From: Ostrea edulis
Lineage: Eukaryota
Reading direction: 5' to 3'
DNA length: 64,000 bases
NCBI RefSeq assembly: GCF_947568905.1
Contig: NC_079169.1
Location: 31,000,001 to 31,064,000, forward strand
A program made the translations under genes and the position numbers. Below are positions 51,203 through 63,766 of this stretch, one piece after another (position 1 is the first letter of the stretch; each line of letters opens with the position of its first letter). The notes under the pieces are model-generated. The model was given only the letters and a program-made list of their open reading frames with translations, was not told the origin of the DNA and ran no database searches.

Positions 51203-53403
51203 GCCTGAAAACCTGATATGGCAAGACTCTTCATTGGAATACCAAAACTGTTTGGAATGTAATTAGAGGATGATGATGATGAGATTCTTGTGGAGTCGAG
51301 ATTGAACTACTGTAGAGTAGTACTCTCAGATCGTATTCTGGGGCTATAGTCTACTAACTACTTACCGTATTCTATGTTACAGCACACAACCTACTGACAG
51401 TTTTAAACAGTTAAAATATCATTTTGAAGTCTAAAAAGTGACATTTACATGAATTATATACATCTACATGAGATACTAGCTAGTGTATACTTTTGATCAT
51501 CAAAAGGTAAAATACTTAAAATAAAAAGATGTGAATACTGTTTTAAATACTAGTAAACAAAATAAGAGATTTTAAATCCTGACACATCTAAAGAACATTC
51601 TATTTCTTTATTGCTCAGCACCAGATGAAAATGATCTTCCATTAACACACCATTATAGCTGACTGAACACGCCTTTTAAGTAAACATCAGTTGATAAAAA
51701 AAATTGTACCTATTTTGAGGTTCTCGTCAACTTCTCTGACAAGATGAAAATAATTCCGATAAAAAAAGTTGAACCATTTCTTTTACTGAGTATAATACCC
51801 CAAAATCTATCCACAAAAAAAAAGTCTGACACAATGCATTTACTAACAATTTATCACAAAGGCCTGAATAATTTTACGCCATTTAAAATTAAAGACACAA
51901 TTTATAAAAAAAACTTGATCCTGAAAATTAGAATTGACAGATTATTTGTGGTTCCTTGTCTCTGGTTACATAAAACAAGCCCGAATAAAATTAGTATATA
52001 CAATGTATAGATGTACACATGTACACAAATCAATGCAAGTATGGAAAACAATTACAGTAAAACATGGTTATAGCAAACCTCCTGGGCAGCAAACAAAGTT
52101 CGTTAAAAATATCACTTCGCAATAAGCATAAGTTCGCTATAAGAGAGTTCATTATAAGCATCTTTTACTGTACTAGTATTGTACAGTAACACTATCCAGT
52201 GTCAGCATTAACACTGACTTCAAACGATCTCAACACACTATTTAAATAATCTCAAATACAGAGAGTCTTTGGCACACCACAGTTAGTTATAACCTGAGAT
52301 ATTCATTCAATGAAGTATAAAATCAGTTTGATGATGGCTCTTAATTACTGCCACAGTAAATAGCTCTAATATATTTCACTATAGAAACACAGAGGATTTA
52401 ATAAAACCAAAATCACTCATAAAACCCTTCTTTATCTAACCAGTAATTATGAGATGTGTAGTAAGATGAAGGGGGGGGGGGGGGGGGGGGGGGGTGGGGG
52501 TACAATAACAGATATTCAGGAAGAATGTAAAGGAAATACATAATCTAGAATACAGAGACTGTTCTGAATACATGGCAGATTTGGAATTACTTTGTACTTG
52601 GACAAATCAATAGCTTACATACTGTATGTACAGGTACATCAACAAGAACATATATAAACAACATTTCTACAAAATCTACCACAATAATCTTAACTTGACA
52701 CGACCAACCCTTTTCATTCCCTCAGTTTATAAAAAAAAAACCTGCAAAGGATCACTATATTTTGTCTGTGAGATGAAGCCTTTGTGGTGCCACACATGTC
52801 AACCAACAGGTAAACCAGGCTCCACGCCCATAAACTGAGAGTAGACTCGAGTCAACAATTACATAATCATTCTCGACTTGTTAAACTCACACAAATACTT
52901 TACTGACAATTTGAATCATTTCAAAATCTATTCTCCTCATGAATTTTACCGAATTTAAATAACAATATTTTATGGTTTTGATTGAACTGAAAATCTGACT
53001 TTTTAGTCTATTCACAGCTTATGGTCAATTTGTATTTTTCTCATGTACTGTGTTAGAACTTTTAGATCCTCAAGAACACAAATTATAATACAGCTTTTCT
53101 ACAAACTAAATGACGAACCTGACTTTGTGCAAGCAAGTCTATCATATCCACTAAAAAAATTAATGCCCTATACTTTGAAGCACTGCCCCCATTCTTACAT
53201 GAAAGGATTAAATCGCCATTATTGAACAATATATAATGACTTTGATGTCAGAGCTCATCAAAGCTGGTCTCCAGTTCCCCATCACATCAGTGAAATATCT
53301 AGTAAAATATAATACCTTAACCGTGCAAATCTCACATGTACAAGAAAGCAAAAAGTGAAATACACATAGAAACTAAAAAAAAAGCTACTGATAGTGTACA
53401 GAT

Positions 53404-53499
53404 TTAATCATCCACAGCACTGTGAACAGTGAATTGGGAAACTTTCCTCTGCAGTATCCCATGTTCAGGGATGATTTCAGATATTGATAGTCTACAGAT
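53404..53499 (-). repeat. Diverged 96-bp tandem copy of the KCNT C-terminal codons and stop
   Basis: tctgaaatcatccctgaac...gctgtggatga(g/t)taaatctgta occurs twice at a 96-bp spacing. Confidence 0.9.
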
Positions 53500-56083
53500 T
53501 TACTCATCCACAGCAGTGTGAACAGTGAATCGGGAAACTTTCCTCTCTAATATCCCAGGTTCAGGGATGATTTCAGATTGTAACAAATCCTCCCTCTCCG
53601 GCTCCTTAAAGCTCAGAGTTTTAACGGAGTTACTGGGCTTTCTTTTTGTTCCTGAAAACACAAAGACGGCCTCGCTTTCTTTGGCATATAGTTCCCCGGA
53701 GCCACTGGAGGTGCGCTTGAGGAGGTTTCCATTGTTTTTACTGGTTGGTGATATGTTGGAGGCAGCGGGATTACTAAAGGACCTCGACACAGAGGGCCTG
53801 CTCGTAAAGGCATTCCTAACCATGTTCCACCTCGTCTTACTGCTAGGAATGGCCGCCATGCTGCTCGGTTGTATAACATATCTGTAAGAATTTCAAAGAA
53901 GTCTATAGGTAATGCTCATTTGATATGTCACTGCATAACATTAACATTACAATATGATACAACTGCAACTCAGGTGCAGTTTCCATGGAAATGAACTCTG
54001 TAGAGAACTTACACAATGTCCCCCACTCGGAGCTTTCTCATGGGAGTCGGGTTCAGGATGACATAAGATATTGTGTTGGCTGACGAGTCTGTATCCGCTG
54101 AAAAACAACAATTTCGGTTCAACATTTTCAATATTGTATAGAACCTCATTTTCACTGCAGTTTCATTTTCACGGTAAGCCTGATATTAAAACAGTAGTAA
54201 AAATAACCTAATCAGAATATTTGTACAGAATTGTCATAATTTAAAAAGCATGAAAATAGATTTTGAAAAGAAATTATGCAAGAGTATTTATTTTTCAGTA
54301 TCTTTATGTGCACTGGTTATAATTTGCCTTGAGTGTATATTTCAGCATATTGATGACTATCATAAAACTGGAGGAAACTGACAAATCAATATACATGTAA
54401 TAGAGGAAATATTACAAACATACAGTTCATATTTCTGAAATTCTTTTATGACTGGTCTTTTATATTCTGGGCCAGTATACAATTTTACAGTTTTACAAAG
54501 CAATTTATGACAAAACTGCAAGTCTTAAATTGTATGTAAAGTTGGTCATAAGTCGTATGTTCTTTTGTAAAACACACTCCTGCATATCAACCATTGTTAG
54601 CACATTAGCAATTACTTTGTATTACACTATTGATAAGGTTTTATTAAGAATTCCAATGTTTGAATATATCTATGAAAATCTAAAGAGGCACATGGGTCAC
54701 ATTGCTCACCTTGGCCCATATTTAAAGATTTTCCCTATATATTTGCATGTAAAACTTTGATCCCTATTGTGGCCCCAACCTACCCCGGGGGCCATGATAT
54801 TTACAAAATTGAATCTGCATTATGTCAGGAAGCTTTCATGTAAATGTAAATTTCTTTGGCCCAATGGTTCTTGAAAAGAAGATTTTTAAACATTTTCTCT
54901 ATATATTTGTATGTAAAACTTTGATCCCCTATTGTGACCCCACCCTTCCCCCGGAGGGCATGATTTTAACAAACTTGAATCTGTACTATGTCAGGAAGCC
55001 TTTATGTAAATGAAAAACTTTCTGGCCCAGTGATTCTTCAAATGAAGATTTTTTAATGATTTTCCCTATATTTTGTATGTAAAACTTTGATCCCCTATTG
55101 CGACCCCACCCTACTCCCGGGGGCCATGAATTTAACAAAATTAACTCTGCACTATGTCAGGAAGTTTTCATATAAATGTAAACTTTTCTGGCCCAGTGAC
55201 TCTTGAGAAGATTTTCCCCATGTATTTGCATGTAAAACTTTGATCCCCTATTGTGGCCCCAACCTACCCCTGGGGGTCATGGTTTTAACAAACTTGAATC
55301 TGCACTATGTCAGGAAGCTTTCATGTAAATTTTAGCTCTTCTGGCCGAATGGTTCTAGAAAAGAGGATTTTTAAATGACCCCAACCCTAGTTTTGCATTT
55401 TTGTGATTATCTCCCATTTTTGAGGGGGGCATGGCCCTTCATTTAAGGTATTCCAAGTATAATGAAAGAATAATGAACAATTTTGAAGGATTCAGATCAA
55501 CATAAAACTTTATTGTTAAATAATGATGAAAGTGAAGCAGATGAAATTCATATGACTGGTAAATGATTAGAAGCTGACCTTTTTGCACTTAAGGCTTTTT
55601 GAAAGAGTTGTCTGCCCTTTGTAAAAATAAGAAAAATCTAATTTTCTAAAAATGTGTGTGGTCAATGATTAAATTTATTTCATATTTTCATAAAAAGAAA
55701 GTGTATGTAACTTTCTACCAAGAGATTAGTATGAATATATAATCTGTTTTTAAAATATTGTAATAAAAGATGCTTTTCCCATATACTTCAATGTTAAATT
55801 CTAGTTGAAATATATCAAGCAGTAAACAAAATTTTGAAAATTCCTACCGTGGGTTATTTTTATTTGATGAACCCTTCAAAATGATACCATGATTGAAAAT
55901 ATTCCACCATCCATTTATTAGATATGAAATATGGTCATTATACATTGAATACCTTAAACAACTTGAAAGCCCTTCACCCAAGGATGTTTTTTGTCAAGTT
56001 TGGTCAAAATTGACCCAGTGGTTCTGGAGAAGAAGTCGAAAATGTAAAAAGTTTACAAACTGATAGACGACAGACAACAGGCA

Positions 56084-56115
<32 letters not shown>

Positions 56116-57413
56116 ATGAGCTAAAAAGTATTCCTTATTGGGAACACTTAGCACCTGTATGATGTCAGGATTAGGATCTGCATATAAAAGGTGGTAAGCC
56201 TGTAATCACTATCTGTTAGATGGTATAATTATTCTATACTTATAAGATGTTCATTATTTTGCCAGATGGTTAGGGTCTGACAAAATATTAAGTGAAATTT
56301 TCGACTTATTCACATTTGCATGATAGTACATGTATTTAAGCTAAACAAATTTAATTTTATGTTGTGCTAAATAATTGTTAATTTCACTCCAAATTCCTGC
56401 AAAGTTCCCAAAACATTTTTCATAGCATATTGTACTTTTCCCAGTCTAAAGCTTACTTTTCTGCACTGGTCCAATCATTTTTCCCTTTACCAATTCTATC
56501 TGTTCACTAAAATGCTCATATACTTTTTTTTTAAAAAAATGCTGAATTTCAGAGAACATTTCTCCTTTACTGTATTTGCTCCATATAGTAGTCCCTATCA
56601 GCCATATGTAAGCAGGCTAAGCATAGGGAGATTGTTAGCAAACAATGTTTTCGGAATATACATGTAGTACATTGTGTTTGGTCACTGCATGGGTTAATAT
56701 CAGTTAGTAGTGCAAGCAAAACTTTAAACCTCAGGGTTTTTTCTGGTGAAAGATTGTTTAGTTATCCTCTGCATCTGACATCAAAATATTATCTCTAATA
56801 CAAATAAGTGTATATAATACATGTGTACATGTAAATATAATTTATTCTGGAAATACTATTGAATATTGTTACCATATTATCATTATACTTTAGTAACATA
56901 ACACATACATTATATGTACCTGTATTATTTTGGAAAACTAATGTACAGTGCTTCCTCGATATATTGCGCCCCCCTCCCCCCTGTTATAGAACAGATTTCT
57001 CCCTGTGTTAACACCCCCATTATATAATGCCAACTCTGCATAATGCCATATGCCACTGATTTCACAAACAAATGTTCAAATTTTATGGGGTTTGCCCTCA
57101 ATATTAATGCCAATATTACCTAACACCTATAATCACACCTGTACTGTGAGAGTGGTGCGTGGAAGTGCAACAGGCTGGACAACGTATTCAGGTGGTTAAG
57201 TTAATTACGAATAATTGCTGCATAAAACATACGATTATCTAAATGTTTATACAGAATGTAGCCCTAATAAATTACGTGACTGAAATTTTTTTTGACTGCT
57301 CAGTAAATTGTCAGTACCAGTGAATTTATTGTATTGTCACCCCCACTTTATGGCCCAAATTGGTCTTGAACAAAACTTGGCAGTATATATTGAAGGAGCA
57401 CTGTATTTATAAA

Positions 57414-57464
<51 letters not shown>

Positions 57465-57725
57465 GAAGATGGCCAAGGTCACAAGGGCAAATATCTTGGT
57501 ACCAGTAGAAAGATCTTGTCAAAAGTGCTCATGTACAATATGAAAGCTCTAATATTTACCATTTAGAAGTTTTGACCAATGTAAAAAAAAAATTAAAAGT
57601 AGGTCAAATGTCAAGGTCAAAAGGTTCAATACCCACGGAAAGGTCTGGTCACAAGGAATACTCATGTGAAATATCTAAGCTCTATCACTTACTGTTCAAA
57701 AGTTATCAGCAAGGTTAAAGTTTTC

Positions 57726-57758
<33 letters not shown>

Positions 57759-57794
57759 GGGGTCAAAAATGTTGGTACCCACGGAAAGGTCTTG

Positions 57795-57830
<36 letters not shown>

Positions 57831-57839
57831 TCACTTATT

Positions 57840-57904
<65 letters not shown>

Positions 57905-57940
57905 GGGGTAAAAAATGTTGGTACCCACGGAAAGGTCTGG

Positions 57941-57976
<36 letters not shown>

Positions 57977-57984
57977 TCACTTAT

Positions 57985-58050
<66 letters not shown>

Positions 58051-58086
58051 GGGGTAAAAAATGTTGGTACCCACGGAAAGGTCTTG

Positions 58087-58122
<36 letters not shown>

Positions 58123-58130
58123 TCACTTAT

Positions 58131-58201
<71 letters not shown>

Positions 58202-58545
58202 AATCTTCGATCTCGGGGGCATAAATATTTTAGAGAAAGTGCTTGGACTACATTGTTGTATTTAGAAATAAGTGCAGCACATGTATCAGTGATTGGTGTA
58301 CAGAGAGTGTGTAGAAAGAATGTTAAACATTACATTCCGTGTTCTAAATCTTTATCAATATACAAATTCAACACACATAAACGTTAATTTTTTTTACCAA
58401 GAATTACCTTAAAAAAAGAGAGAACAGTTTTGAAAAAAAAAATGTTTTCTTCAGTTAAAACCTATCATAAATAAGATTTCTCAAGTTATTTAATGGAAAG
58501 TCCTAAATAGTGTGTTGATACTTAGAGATAAGCCTGCCTAAAGTC

Positions 58546-58581
<36 letters not shown>

Positions 58582-59039
58582 TCACCCTGGCTCATATTTA
58601 AAGATTTTTCCTATATATTCGCATGTAAATCTTTGATCCCCTATTGTGGCCCCAACCTACTCTTGGGGGCCATGATTTTTTCAAAATTGAACCTGGACTA
58701 TATCAGAAAGCTTTCATGTGAATGTAAACTTTTCTGGCCCAGTGATTTTTCAGAAGAAGATTTTTAATGATTTTCCCTATATATTTGTATGTAAAACTTT
58801 GATCCCCTATTGTGGCCCCATCATACCCCTGGGGGTCATGATTTTAACAAACTTGAATCTGCACTATATCAGGAAGCTTTCATGTAAATCTCAATCTTTT
58901 CTGGCCCAGTGGTTCTTGAGAGGAAGATTTTTAAATGACCCCACTCTATTTTTGCATTTTTGTGATTATCTCTCCTTTGAAAGGAACATGGCCCTTCATT
59001 TGAACAAACTTGAAAGCCCTTCACCCAAGGATGCTTTTG

Positions 59040-59082
<43 letters not shown>

Positions 59083-59120
59083 TCGAAAATGTAAAAAGTT
59101 AACAGACAGACAGACAACAT

Positions 59121-59166
<46 letters not shown>

Positions 59167-62100
59167 GATCACAGAATTGTTGTATATTATACATAGTATT
59201 ATACATACTATATTATATATAGTGCATTCTTTACAATACAAAGTGTACTTCCAGGCATTAAGAGTACGAAAATTGCTTGTTACTTACTGAAATCATCACC
59301 TGTAAACACACAGTACCCACATAAAGCAGACATTCATAATTTACAGGTATGCACGACATATTAACAATCAGGTGTAGAAACTTGATCCTACACATGATAT
59401 TTTATCTCATATACAGCCCCTACATTTTTTATACACTGCAAATGAAGTTGGGGGAGAGTATATAAAGGGAGTCAATCTGTGTCTTTTAAACTGTCTGTCT
59501 GTACAGGTATGCAAGACAGATCAATGATTAGGTATGAGAACTTGGTCCTACTGATATTTTACTTCACATACAGCTATTACATTTTTATGTCTGCACAATT
59601 GTGTCTGGGTAATACTCGTACTATACATAAAGACTGCTTTGGATCCGAGAGAGTGTAATGACTAACTGAGAGTCATTTGTATTAGATCAAAGTAAATGGG
59701 AGGGGAAAAAATTTAAATTGGATTTCTGATTCTACCTTGTTACCAAAGATATAAAGCTGACACCTGATATAGAGGTCACTTAGATCTGTAAGCCATGTTT
59801 TGGAATGTGGGCAAGGTCAAAGCCACTTAATGAAAAGGAACAAAATTTCCAACCATATTTAAAGCAAAGAAACTGCACAATCGTATATTACACAAAGGCT
59901 GATTGAAACCTGTCTGAGGCACAATCCTTGGCCAAGGTCATTTTGAGGCTACTGAGGAAAAATTGTCAAAATTTTTGTTCCATTGATATATTTCTGATTT
60001 TAGAGAAATCTTATATACCAATACTTGATCCAAAGGTTGCTTTTGAATAATCATCTGTCTTGATCATCCACCTCAGTCATTTGTGACAGGTCAAGGTCAC
60101 AGGAATTAGAATCATATTCTGGTTTGTAACTATGTTACGCAGGTTTATAGAAGTTTGTATGAATGTGGTATATAACTATTCTGTGTTTCAAATATGTCCC
60201 CGTTTTGATGAGCCCCATTAGGGTATTTGACACATTGGGACATTAAAATCAAATGAAAACTCCCATCTCCATTCCAACAGTATGCACCAATCACCAACAT
60301 TCCATATTAATAAATAACTACGTGAAATATTTGAAAACCAAACAGTGGAGCATTCCTCAGAACACAATGACGCCCAGCCCTGCAGCGAAACAGCAGTAAC
60401 TTCACACAGCAGGGACCGACTCTTACCATAATCAGACGCTTTCATGCCTAGATTCACGAGTCGGCTCTTGACAAGTGCTGCTAAGTCTGCCGTCTCTTTC
60501 TCTGCCTTTTTATTGGACGACTTGGAGAACAACCCTCCTCCGCTCATCTTGGTGGAGAACTTCCTGTCATCACACTCATGGTGGTTGTTGTTCTTATTGT
60601 CCGTCTGAGGAAGGAATGGGCACCAAAATAAAACTTTAAACATCATTTTTACATTCAGTTACTGCTAGAACTTTTAAAAGGCATTCAATGTGTAATGAAA
60701 GGAGACTGAATAAATTTGAATAATTTAAATCAAGATAAATGTTTGTAGTTAAATAATAATTAATGTGAAATAGATCAAATTCACATGAGTGGTAAATGAT
60801 TAGAAGCTGATCTTTTTGCACTAAAACGTTTTGGAAGAGTTATTGCCCTTGAAATGTTTTTTGAAAAATTAATTCTCTAAACATATATGTGGTAAACTAT
60901 TAATTTTATTTCATACTTTTATAAAGAGAAAATTTATGTAACTTTTTATCAAGAGATATTAATGAAAATACAATTTCTTTTAAATTTTTTGTTGTTGATA
61001 AAACATGCTCTTCCCATAGACCTCAATGTAAAATTCAAGGTGAAATAAATCAAGCAGAAATCAAAATTTTGCAAATTCCTATTGTGGGTTATTTTTATTT
61101 CATAAACCCTTCAAAAAGACCCCATGATTACCAAAGTCATATTTCATTTGTTAGAAATGAAAAATATTTATTACACATTCAATACCTAAACAAAGACTAA
61201 AACATATATACACCAATACAAGAACAATTTTCACAGGTATTTTTAGACTGAACATCACAGAATTAACACTAAAAATCAACTCTTTTCAAATTAATTTCAT
61301 AGTATTGTATGTATTTGTATTTCACAGTATTGTATGTATTCTGTATTTCACAGTATTGTATGTATTCTGTATTTCACAGTATTGTATGTATTCTGTATTT
61401 CACAGTATTGTATGTATTCTGTATTCCATTAGTATTGTATGTATTCTGTATTTCACAGTATTGTATGTATTCTGTATTTCACAGTATTGTATGTAATCTG
61501 TATTTCACAGTATTGTATGTATTCTGTATTCCATTAGTATTGTATATATTCTGTACAGTACTCACACTATGGACTGCTGTCATAGGATCCACATTCTCCT
61601 CTGTTCTATAAATAGCAATAGGGATTTCCCCTGTGGTTGTTGCCATGGCAGTATAGAGATCCCCATAAGTGCTATATCTTGCATAGGTCATACGCTGAAC
61701 CCTGACCTGTAAAAGTTTGAATATGATGCAAGCAGAAGAAAACAGAAACGCCATACATAATCATATCACAAATAGCAAACCATCCCATTTCCATTCCGCC
61801 AAGAAAATTAACAGCATACGGCTTCTGTTGTATGAAATTGTCCATAATTTCAGCTATTTTAACTTAACAAGACTTGAAATTTAACAAGACTTGAAATTTA
61901 TCAGCAGAAATTAATTCCACTTACACTTGAGAGATGACCTGAGTTCTCTTCAGCATCAATGCCCAACAACAACCTGACTAGTGTGATTAAATATCCCTTT
62001 ACAAAGGTCTGAAAAATAAAGCAAAACACCATTCCTTACAACCAATTATATTTCCTAAAGTACAGGTGTAACGAAGCTAAAGTACAGGTGTAACGAAGCT

Positions 62101-63335
62101 AAATTACAGGTGTAACGAAGCTAAATCACAGACAGTATTAATTATATACAGCATCCTCAAAATGTAACAGTGCAGAGACTTCATGCAAAAAATTCTAACT
62201 CTAATGCCGAATCATTTCATCAAATTCTAACTCAAATGCCGAATAATTTCATCAAATTCTAACTCAAATGCCGAATAATTTCATCAAATTCTGACTCTAA
62301 TGCCGAATCATTTCATCAAATTCTGACTCTAATGCCGAATCATTTCATCGTTGTACCTTTTTCTAGAGCTTGATATACAAAAGGTGTGTGTAATATTACC
62401 TTTAATATAGAGAAGATGTGTAGTTCTTATTATCTGATAGTATAAATGTGTATTTCTTATTATCTGATAGTTTAAATGTGTATTTCTTATTGCATAATAG
62501 TGTACATATGTAGACATGTATTATTAGACACATAGTCATTCATGGACTGGGTATGGGATGGTACCTGGTTATTAATGTCATAATAGTGTACATATGTAGA
62601 CATGTATTATTAGACACATAGTCATTCATGGACTGGGTATGGGATGGTACCTGGTTAATAATGTCATACCCCATGAGGTGAAGCACAGCTGGGTGTGAAA
62701 TTCATGAAGCAGGTATCATCTGTACCTGTTCAATAAATGACCATGTAACAAATTTACTCCACTGATGGCCACATCAGGGTGTCAAGCCACTTTTGGTCCA
62801 AAAAATATAGGATTATAGGAATTTTTTTTGCAGGTTATAGGGCAAATATAGGAATTTTTACAGCAGATTTTGAGGAATAAATAGGGTTTCCATTAAAGAA
62901 TTTGTATAAAAGTTTATTGTTTCTGCATAAAAATCTAGCAAGCATAGTGTCTTACTGGAGAAGAAATATTATTAACATAAACAAAGACAAAATCCTTTCA
63001 GATGTTGACAGTTTTCCACCCAATAAACATTACTTACACAATATACCTTCCCTTCATGTGACTAATGTAAATCAATCATTAGCCAGCATTTCATGAAATA
63101 AAAAAACAATCCGAGGTGGGGTAATACTTATTACCCGATAGTGTAGATGTCAATTTCTTATTACAATGTACCTGACAGAAAAGATATGCATTTCTCATAA
63201 TTTGATAAATAAATGAATCTCTCTGTTTACCTGATAGAGAAGACTGTTAAGCATACTGGCACTGAATACTTGTCCCGCAGCGAATGGTTGACGAAAAATG
63301 TGGGAAAGAGCAGAACTCATTTTCCCATTCACAAC
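53500..63335 (-). CDS. KCNT2: Slo2/Slack sodium-activated potassium channel (KCNT1/2-like), last six exons: 63335-63231, 62008-61925, 61706-61566, 60604-60427, 54097-54013, 53881-53500
   Basis: Spliced reading: FRQPFAAGQVFSASMLNSLLYQ|TFVKGYLITLVRLLLGID...|...TYGDLY..MATTTGEIPIAIYRTE...|...LAALVKSRLVNLG...|ISYVILNP....GDIV|YVIQP. This matches the KCNT RCK2/C-tail (RQPFAAGRVFS, EIPIGIYRTE, LVKNRMKHLG, SYVLINP). Phases are consistent. KCNT1 versus KCNT2 cannot be distinguished. Confidence 0.92.
54682..56127 (+). mobile_element. HINE with Cg170-like array, containing Kolobok-like MITE copy 2 (55447-55953, TTAA TSD, 19-bp TIR)
   Basis: 5' aagaggcacatgggtcacattgctcacc; 3' gatcagaaaagctcacttgagctttcagctcagatgagctaaaaa; ttaa|ggtattccaagtataatga...tcattatacattgaatacc|ttaa. 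Confidence 0.85.
57416..58224 (+). mobile_element. Second HINE-type family with about 4 x 146-bp central repeats
   Basis: gaaatat recurs at 57668, 57814 and 57960 (146-bp period); gacaga microsatellite and terminal gccccc...gggggc hairpin. Confidence 0.8.
58547..59166 (+). mobile_element. Complete short HINE (Cg170-like, ~2 monomers)
   Basis: aacaagaggcccatgggccacatcgctcacctgag ... acagacagacagac ... agctcacttgagctttcagctcaggtgagctaaaa. Confidence 0.85.
60680..61186. mobile_element. Kolobok-like MITE copy 3
   Basis: ggcattcaatgtgtaatga...ttattacacattcaatacc; homologous to 55447-55953. Confidence 0.7.
61300..61557. repeat. 26-bp minisatellite, ~10 copies, in a KCNT intron
   Basis: Unit ttcacagtattgtatgtattctgtat. 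Confidence 0.95.
62058..62670. repeat. Cluster of small tandem repeats in a KCNT intron (about 3 x 22 bp, 5 x 32 bp, 2-3 x 33 bp, 2 x 86 bp)
   Basis: aagtacaggtgtaacgaagcta; caaattctaactcaaatgccgaataatttcat; cataatagtgtacatatg... at 62493 and 62579. Confidence 0.85.
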
Positions 63336-63479
63336 CTAAAAATATTGTAACAAAAATGGTTGGTTGTACATGTATATTGTTTACGTGAATGTTTCACTCA
63401 ATGGAAATTTATATATGATGATATATTCATCATTTAGTGATTTAAAAATTATCTGAATATCAAAACAAAGGATTAATTT

Positions 63480-63766
63480 GCCTCATTCCCAGGAGACACC
63501 TACCTTCTACAGCCTCATCACCTGGAGACACCTACCTTCTACAGCCTCATCACCTGGAGACACCTACCTTCTACAGCCTCATCACCTGGAGACACCTACC
63601 TTCTAGAGCCTCATCACCTGGAAACACCTACATTCTAGAGCCTCATTACTTGGGAACACCTACCTTCTATAGCCTCATCACCAGGAGACAACTACGTTCT
63701 ATAACCTCATTCCCAGGAGACACCTACGTTCTATAACCTTATTCCCAGGAGACACCTACGTTCTAT
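63480..63766. repeat. 32-bp minisatellite, ~9 copies
   Basis: Unit agcctcatcacctggagacacctaccttctac. Confidence 0.9.

Noticed and set aside
52471-52500. Poly-G tract as a functional G-quadruplex
   Set aside because: Homopolymer G/C runs occur repeatedly in this window, and nothing singles this one out.
1229-59164. Short ORFs overlapping HINE, SINE and MITE copies (e.g. 1229, 16179, 17553, 31041, 54822, 58718, 58869)
   Set aside because: Chance open frames within non-coding repeats.
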